IMG/VR virus record: IMGVR_UViG_3300043184_000065
From: a virus
DNA: 35,734 nt
Direction: 5' to 3' (one strand)
Positions 31,487 to 35,734 of this stretch are shown here, one piece after another. The translations under genes were made by a program, and so were the position numbers. The notes under the pieces are model-generated. The model did no database searches. It was given only the letters and a program-made list of their open reading frames with translations, and was not told the DNA's origin. The first letter of the stretch is position 1. The number at the start of each line of letters is the position of its first letter.

Positions 31487-32416
31487 TTACTCAGCGCACC
31501 GGATCAGGCCGACTTTGCCTTCCTGGACGCGGCTGGCTGCCACATGGATTTCGCTGAACACCTGCACCGAATTGCGCTTTTGCGGCAGGCGATCGATGCT
31601 GCCGGTCACGATGCCCCACTGGCCCAGCGCCAGGCCGGACCTGGCCCAGAACGGCACCAACCGGTAGCTGTCGATGTCGCGCGTCAGCGCCGCCGCATCG
31701 CCGAACGACGCGGTGTTGCCGATTTCGCACTCGACGATGGTGAAGCCGAACAGCTTGGTCAGCCGGCCCGACATGGTCACCGTGGCGCCGCCCATGGACG
31801 AGATGAAGTCGCTGCTGGCCGCCTGCACTTCCCCCAGCAGGTTGTCGACCTGCCGGGCGGTCAGCGCAATGCACAGCTCTTCCGCTTCCAGGTCCACCAG
31901 CCGGGCCATCAGCTGCACCCGCGCCGCGCGCAGCTTGGCCATGTTGAGGCCGGTTGCGCCGGCCGCACCGGTGTCGACGGGGATGATGTTGCCGGCCGGG
32001 AACGCCACCTGCGTGCCGCCGGTCTTGCCGGTCAGCGCTGTGCCATAAATCCCGCGCAACACCGCTTCGTCCTTGGCGCGGGTGACGACGGCCGCTGCGC
32101 GGCGCGTATAGGCGCCGTCCAGCGCGATCACCGAGCGCAGCTGGTCCTCGGTGTCGACCAGGTCGGCGAAGTAGTAGCTTTCTTCCTTGGCGAGCCAGCG
32201 CCGATCGTGCGGCGTGTTGACATACTGGGTGTCCGAATGGCGCGCACCGCCGCGCTGCGGGCGGACGTCGCCAATCAGGTTGGTGATTTCCTGCAGCTCG
32301 CCCCGGCACGCCACCGGCGTGGTGTAGGGTGCCAGCTTCGCTGTCGTCTGCGACAGCACCATTTCGACGTTGTTGGTGTACTCCGCGATATGCGCGGTGG
32401 TGACTTGAAAGGACAT
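31487..32416 (-). CDS. Major capsid protein (HK97-fold class)
   Basis: ATG 32416 preceded by GGAGGG. 309 aa: MSFQVTTAHIAEYTNNVEMVLSQTTAKLAPYT... It lies between the scaffold and decoration genes. The track ORF start 32479 is rejected. Confidence 0.75.
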   Translation of the reverse strand: MSFQVTTAHIAEYTNNVEMVLSQTTAKLAPYTTPVACRGELQEITNLIGDVRPQRGGARHSDTQYVNTPHDRRWLAKEESYYFADLVDTEDQLRSVIALDGAYTRRAAAVVTRAKDEAVLRGIYGTALTGKTGGTQVAFPAGNIIPVDTGAAGATGLNMAKLRAARVQLMARLVDLEAEELCIALTARQVDNLLGEVQAASSDFISSMGGATVTMSGRLTKLFGFTIVECEIGNTASFGDAAALTRDIDSYRLVPFWARSGLALGQWGIVTGSIDRLPQKRNSVQVFSEIHVAASRVQEGKVGLIRCAE

Positions 32417-32622
32417 GGGCCCTCCGATGCTCTGAACCTGTGGGTTTGGAGCGAAGGGCGTGTCCGTGTCCGGGGCCACCTCTGGCGGGTGTCGTCCGCT
32501 GGCCGGATCGCTTGCCGATCAGCACCGGGGGCGCGCACGAGGGGCCGTGTCCGGGACGGCGTCTGCTGTGCCACAGCCGCCCCGCAGTCGTCAAGACCCC
32601 GCCGTCAAGAGCTTACCACCGC

Positions 32623-33513
32623 TTACTGCGCTGCCAGCCGGTCGAGCCGGGCAGCATCGGCCTTGATGATCGCCTGCCACTCGGACATCGCCTTGGGGTC
32701 GCCCTTAATCAGCGCCTTCGTCTTGGCATCGTCGGCGAGGAACGCCGCCCGGCGCGCCGCGACGTTCTCCGGCGTGATGCGATCCGATCCGCCGCCCGTG
32801 CCGGCGACGAACGCATCTTCGGTCGCCGCTTCGCCGATGCGCAGCAGCACGGCCGCCGCCGCCTTGGCGCCCAGCGCGCCGATCAGGCTGTTGACCTGGT
32901 CGCTGTCCAGTCCGGCCGCCGTGGCGCCGCGCGTCAGCGCCGCCTGCTTGGCCGGCGCCTCGGCACCCCAGCTCTTGACCACCGCCTGACTGTCCGCCAG
33001 CGCGGTGGCGGACAGCTGCTGTTCGGCACTGCTGCGCAGCTGCTGGTAATAGCCGGCGACGCCGCGCGCCTGGTCCTTGCTCAGGCCCAGCTTGTGCGCC
33101 TGAGCGGCGAACGCCTCGACGGCCGCCGCATCCTCGCCCTCGATCGCCAGCTCATAGCCCTTCGGGTCGGCCGGGCGGCCCAGCTTGTCCCACACGCCCG
33201 CCCAGGCGGGATCGTCGGGCGCCTTGGGCAGCGCGATCTTGTCGCCGCCCATCAGCTTTTCCAGCGCCCGGTGCGCCGACACGGCATCCTCGATCGACTT
33301 GTAGCCCTTGTTCTCCGCCCATTTGCGGTGCGACAGCGCGTCGCCCTCGGCCGCATCCGGCAGGCCCGCCCACCACGGCGCGGCCTCGCTCGCAGCAGCG
33401 GCCGGATCGGGTGACGCAGCGGGCGCGCTCCCCTTGCCGCCGCCCATCAGGGCGTCGGCCGGAGCCGGCGAAGCGGTGGCGGCGGTCTGGTCAGTCACGG
33501 TGGTGTCAGTCAT
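32623..33513 (-). CDS. Scaffolding protein
   Basis: ATG 33513 preceded by AGGAGA with a 7-nt spacer. 296 aa, Ala/Glu/Lys-rich and helical. The gene lies between the portal and capsid genes. Confidence 0.65.
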   Translation of the reverse strand: MTDTTVTDQTAATASPAPADALMGGGKGSAPAASPDPAAAASEAAPWWAGLPDAAEGDALSHRKWAENKGYKSIEDAVSAHRALEKLMGGDKIALPKAPDDPAWAGVWDKLGRPADPKGYELAIEGEDAAAVEAFAAQAHKLGLSKDQARGVAGYYQQLRSSAEQQLSATALADSQAVVKSWGAEAPAKQAALTRGATAAGLDSDQVNSLIGALGAKAAAAVLLRIGEAATEDAFVAGTGGGSDRITPENVAARRAAFLADDAKTKALIKGDPKAMSEWQAIIKADAARLDRLAAQ

Positions 33514-33823
33514 CGGTGGTCTCCTGTGGCGTCTCGCCCTGCGCCAGCTCGGCCAGCGCATGGATTTGGGTGTCGGTCAGATTGAGGTGGTGCTGAATGC
33601 GCAGCCACACCTCGCGGCGGCCTTCGAGCAGCGCATGCTCGCGCGCGGTGCCCGCCCAGCAGCTGGTCTCGGCCCGGCAGAACCGCCGCAGGTCCGCCAG
33701 GATCAGCGCCGCAGCCGGAGTCGGTTCGCCGTCATCGCCGGTGAACACGCGGCGATAGGCGTCGCGCAGCTGGATGCGCGCCCCCAGCAGGCGCCAGGTG
33801 GCGCGGGTCCAGCGGGGCGGCAC
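33506..33823 (-). CDS. Small conserved protein between portal and scaffold (Bbp19-like position, 105 aa)
   Basis: Putative GTG 33823 lies 1 nt after the portal stop. Sequence: ...AALILADLRRFCRAETSCWAGTAREHALLEGRREVWLRIQHHLNL... The stop overlaps the scaffold ATG. The N-terminal 60 codons of the track ORF overlap the portal gene and are rejected. Confidence 0.5.
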   Translation of the reverse strand: MPPRWTRATWRLLGARIQLRDAYRRVFTGDDGEPTPAAALILADLRRFCRAETSCWAGTAREHALLEGRREVWLRIQHHLNLTDTQIHALAELAQGETPQETTDD

Positions 33824-33824
33824 C

Positions 33825-35456
33825 CTAAACAACAGCGATGCCTTCCGCTTCGGCCGCCTTGGCGATGTTGGCCGCCGCGGCGCTGGCGGCCGGCGCCGCC
33901 TGCAGCAGGGCGGCGGCTTCGGCGGCTTGCGCCTGGGCGGCTTGCTCCTCGGCCAGCTGCTCCGGCGGCTTGAGCCAGCTCGGCGGCACGCCGTTGATGT
34001 CAAACAGCGCCGGGATCACCGTGCCCCAGTCGACGCGGCGGCCGATTTCGGTGGCCACGGCCGGGTCGGCGGCGGCCAGCGGCGTCAGCTGCTCGAAGGT
34101 GCGCAGCAGGCCCACCGCCTGGCCCGCGCGCGCGGCGCGGTTGAGCGGATTGTCGAAGGTGATGCGGTATTCGCCATTGGCTTCGGCCAGCTCGGGCGGC
34201 ATCGGCGGCAGCAGGCCGGCGCGCGCGTCCAGGTCGATTTCCCGCTCGACCATCGGCGCCAGCAGCTCCTCTTCGAGCGCGCCGCCGGCGGGCGCCAGCA
34301 GCACGCCCTTCTCGCGCAGCCGCTCCAGCACTTCCGTGGCGGTCTGCCGGTCGGGCTGCTCCACCAGCACCTGGAACAGCGTGATCAGGAACGCGTCGTT
34401 GATCACGCGCCGGTTCTGTTCCTGCGCCTCGAAGCCGATCGGCAGGTTGCCGCCGGTCTGCAGCGGCTGCACCAGCATCTCGCCGCGCGCGCTGATGCCG
34501 CCCACATTGACCTTGCCAGGCGCGGTGTTGAGCTTGGTCAGCACGCCGTCGTCGGCCACCAGCAGCGCCGGATCGACCGCCTTGTGCGCGGCCTTCATGA
34601 TCGTCTTGGCCATTTCGTTGGCGAGCTTGATTTCGGGCAGCACCTGCATGGCGATTGAGGTGCCGTAGGTGTCGTCCGCATCGCCGCCGGCGCGGTGCAC
34701 CAGCAGCGGCAGCGTGTAATAGCCGCCGTCGGCGATCACCGCCTTGGACGCTGGCAACACAGTCAGCGAGCGCAACGCCATGCCGCGCGGACCCGGGGCG
34801 CCCTCATCATGGTCGGCACGCGGGAAGATGGCGTGCAGCACCTCGACCTCGGCCTCGGGCTGGGTCTCGGCCAGCGCGCGCACGTCGCCCGGCACCCGCT
34901 CGCCCCACTGCGCCAGCACCTTGCGCGCCGGCCAGCGCCATTTGCGGTGCACGATCGTCGCCCGGTCAAAGGGATCGGTTGCCAGGTAAATCTGCGGCGT
35001 CGGGATCGCGCGATAGATGCGGCCAACGCCCGGCAGCTGGTCGACGAACAGCCCGGCGGTGCCGTAGGCCGCAGCCCCCTTGACGAAGCGCTCGAAGCGC
35101 CGGGCGAAGCTGGCCCGCGCGCCGTAGCGCGCCGTGAACAGCTGCTCGCTCACCGCCTCGAAATAGGCCCGCACGCGCGGCCGGCGGTTGAGCGCGGCGT
35201 CGGTGGTCGCCAGCTGGTGCCAGCGCTCGGTCCGGGGCGCGATCATCGCGATCAGCGCGGCGGCATAGCGGTCGAGCGCCAGCATGGCGGTCGAGTCCAG
35301 TCGGTCCTGGGTGCGCGTGTCGCCGGGCACCGTGGTGCGCTGGAACTCCGCACCGTAGGGGAAGATGCGCCGCTGAATTGCATCCCAATGCGCTTCGTAG
35401 GGGTTGCGGATTTTTTCCATATCGGCCTGGCGCCGCAGCAGCTGCTCAATATCCAT
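33825..35456 (-). CDS. Portal (head-to-tail connector) protein, T7 gp8-like family
   Basis: 543 aa. N-terminus RNPYEAHWDAIQRRIFPYG parallels T7 gp8 RAPYETRAQNCAQYTIP. Ala/Gln-rich C-terminal tail. The gene starts 4 nt after the LamG gene stop. Confidence 0.8.
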   Translation of the reverse strand: MDIEQLLRRQADMEKIRNPYEAHWDAIQRRIFPYGAEFQRTTVPGDTRTQDRLDSTAMLALDRYAAALIAMIAPRTERWHQLATTDAALNRRPRVRAYFEAVSEQLFTARYGARASFARRFERFVKGAAAYGTAGLFVDQLPGVGRIYRAIPTPQIYLATDPFDRATIVHRKWRWPARKVLAQWGERVPGDVRALAETQPEAEVEVLHAIFPRADHDEGAPGPRGMALRSLTVLPASKAVIADGGYYTLPLLVHRAGGDADDTYGTSIAMQVLPEIKLANEMAKTIMKAAHKAVDPALLVADDGVLTKLNTAPGKVNVGGISARGEMLVQPLQTGGNLPIGFEAQEQNRRVINDAFLITLFQVLVEQPDRQTATEVLERLREKGVLLAPAGGALEEELLAPMVEREIDLDARAGLLPPMPPELAEANGEYRITFDNPLNRAARAGQAVGLLRTFEQLTPLAAADPAVATEIGRRVDWGTVIPALFDINGVPPSWLKPPEQLAEEQAAQAQAAEAAALLQAAPAASAAAANIAKAAEAEGIAVV

Positions 35457-35459
35457 GGT

Positions 35460-35734
35460 TCACCGTCCCATCAGTCGGCCAAGGTTTGCAATCAGCAGCG
35501 TGGCGAGCCGGCGCGCCCCGCCTGCCAGCACCGTGAACACCTGCACCGCGCGCCCGCCGGCGGTCGCTGTCGCCCGCACCACCGCCAGCACGGTGCTGCG
35601 CACCACGCTCACCAGCCGCCCCGTGGCCAGCACCGTGGCCAGGCTCACCGCCACCACTGCGCCGACGCCCAGGTCGATCGCCCGGCCGGTGGCGGTCACC
35701 GTCGCCCGCGCGACATCGAGCACGCGCGCCCGCA
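35460..35734 (-). CDS. 3' portion of the junction-spanning LamG-repeat gene (stop TGA 35460-35462)
   Basis: Track ORF 35460..35723 (…ATGRLVSVVRSTVLAVVRATATAGGRAVQVF…LGRLMGR) is in frame with the minus-strand reading of 1..1151 once 35620-35734 is collapsed onto 1-115. Confidence 0.75.
   Translation of the reverse strand, partial: RARVLDVARATVTATGRAIDLGVGAVVAVSLATVLATGRLVSVVRSTVLAVVRATATAGGRAVQVFTVLAGGARRLATLLIANLGRLMGR
35620..35734. repeat. Terminal direct repeat, copy 2 (identical to 1-115)
   Basis: Exact 115-nt match to the window start. Confidence 0.9.

Larger units (their letters stand above)
1..35734. mobile_element. Complete circularly permuted temperate podovirus-like phage genome (unique length 35,619 bp plus 115-bp assembly overlap)
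   Basis: Both window ends share exactly 115 nt. Integrase, attP, repressor/Cro switch, terminase, portal, capsid, tail, ejection and lysis genes are all present. Coding density is very high. Confidence 0.8.

Noticed and set aside
33824-34003. N-terminal 60 codons of ORF 33506-34003
   Set aside because: This part overlaps the portal C-terminus in another frame and is Pro/Arg/Lys low-complexity sequence. A GTG directly after the portal stop gives a compact 105-aa protein.
1-35734. Diversity-generating retroelement, expected because the head module resembles BPP-1
   Set aside because: No ORF has reverse-transcriptase motifs, and no approx. 100-bp template/variable repeat pair with A-specific mismatches was seen. 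All repeats found are tandem and in frame.
35620-35734. Interpreting the 115-bp end duplication as a biological T7-style direct terminal repeat
   Set aside because: It lies entirely inside a coding tandem-repeat region and maintains the reading frame when collapsed. The phage also encodes an integrase and attP, which implies a circular intermediate. An assembly overlap is therefore more likely, though this cannot be excluded without read-end data.

Overview
High-GC window (about 70% by spot counts) that appears to be a complete, circularly permuted temperate phage genome. Bases 1-115 recur exactly at 35620-35734, giving a unique length of 35,619 bp, and one gene reads in frame across that junction. 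About 28.5 kb (9074 down to 1, then 35619 down to 16246) is one minus-strand gene train. Nearly every junction in it overlaps as ATGA, GTGA or TGATG. In transcription order it encodes: a DNA-binding/TerS-like protein; a Toprim primase; a DUF927/SF3-type helicase; the large terminase; seven small unknown genes; a LamG-fold repeat protein; a T7-type portal; a small Bbp19-like protein; a scaffold protein; an HK97-type capsid protein with a small cement-like protein; T7 gp11/gp12-like adaptor and nozzle; a GNAT-like protein; gp14/15/16-like internal (ejection) proteins, one carrying a ParB/Srx-like domain; a tailspike with a gp17-type N-terminus and a beta-helix; and a lysis cassette (holin-like protein, GH24 lysozyme, 2-TM protein, overlapped i-/o-spanins). 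The plus strand carries the lysogeny side: an XRE repressor divergent from a Cro-like gene, small membrane proteins, HTH proteins, a YfdR-like HD hydrolase, a tyrosine integrase, and an attP containing the 3' half of a tRNA-Lys(CUU). I saw no phage RNAP or DNAP, no reverse transcriptase/DGR, no CRISPR array and no rRNA. The signals least explained by the annotation are: a 570-bp non-coding hub (9084-9651) packed with a 9-mer in dyad-symmetric layout; a 346-bp gap with G10/C8-A-G7 homopolymer palindromes upstream of the primase; a 9-mer (ACGTCCAAC) shared by that gap and the attP arm; the LamG protein with 22-aa amphipathic tandem repeats and a low-GC core; the ParB-like domain in an ejection-protein slot; and a small membrane ORF interrupted by an in-frame TGA. 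All homology statements come from remembered family motifs. No database search was run.
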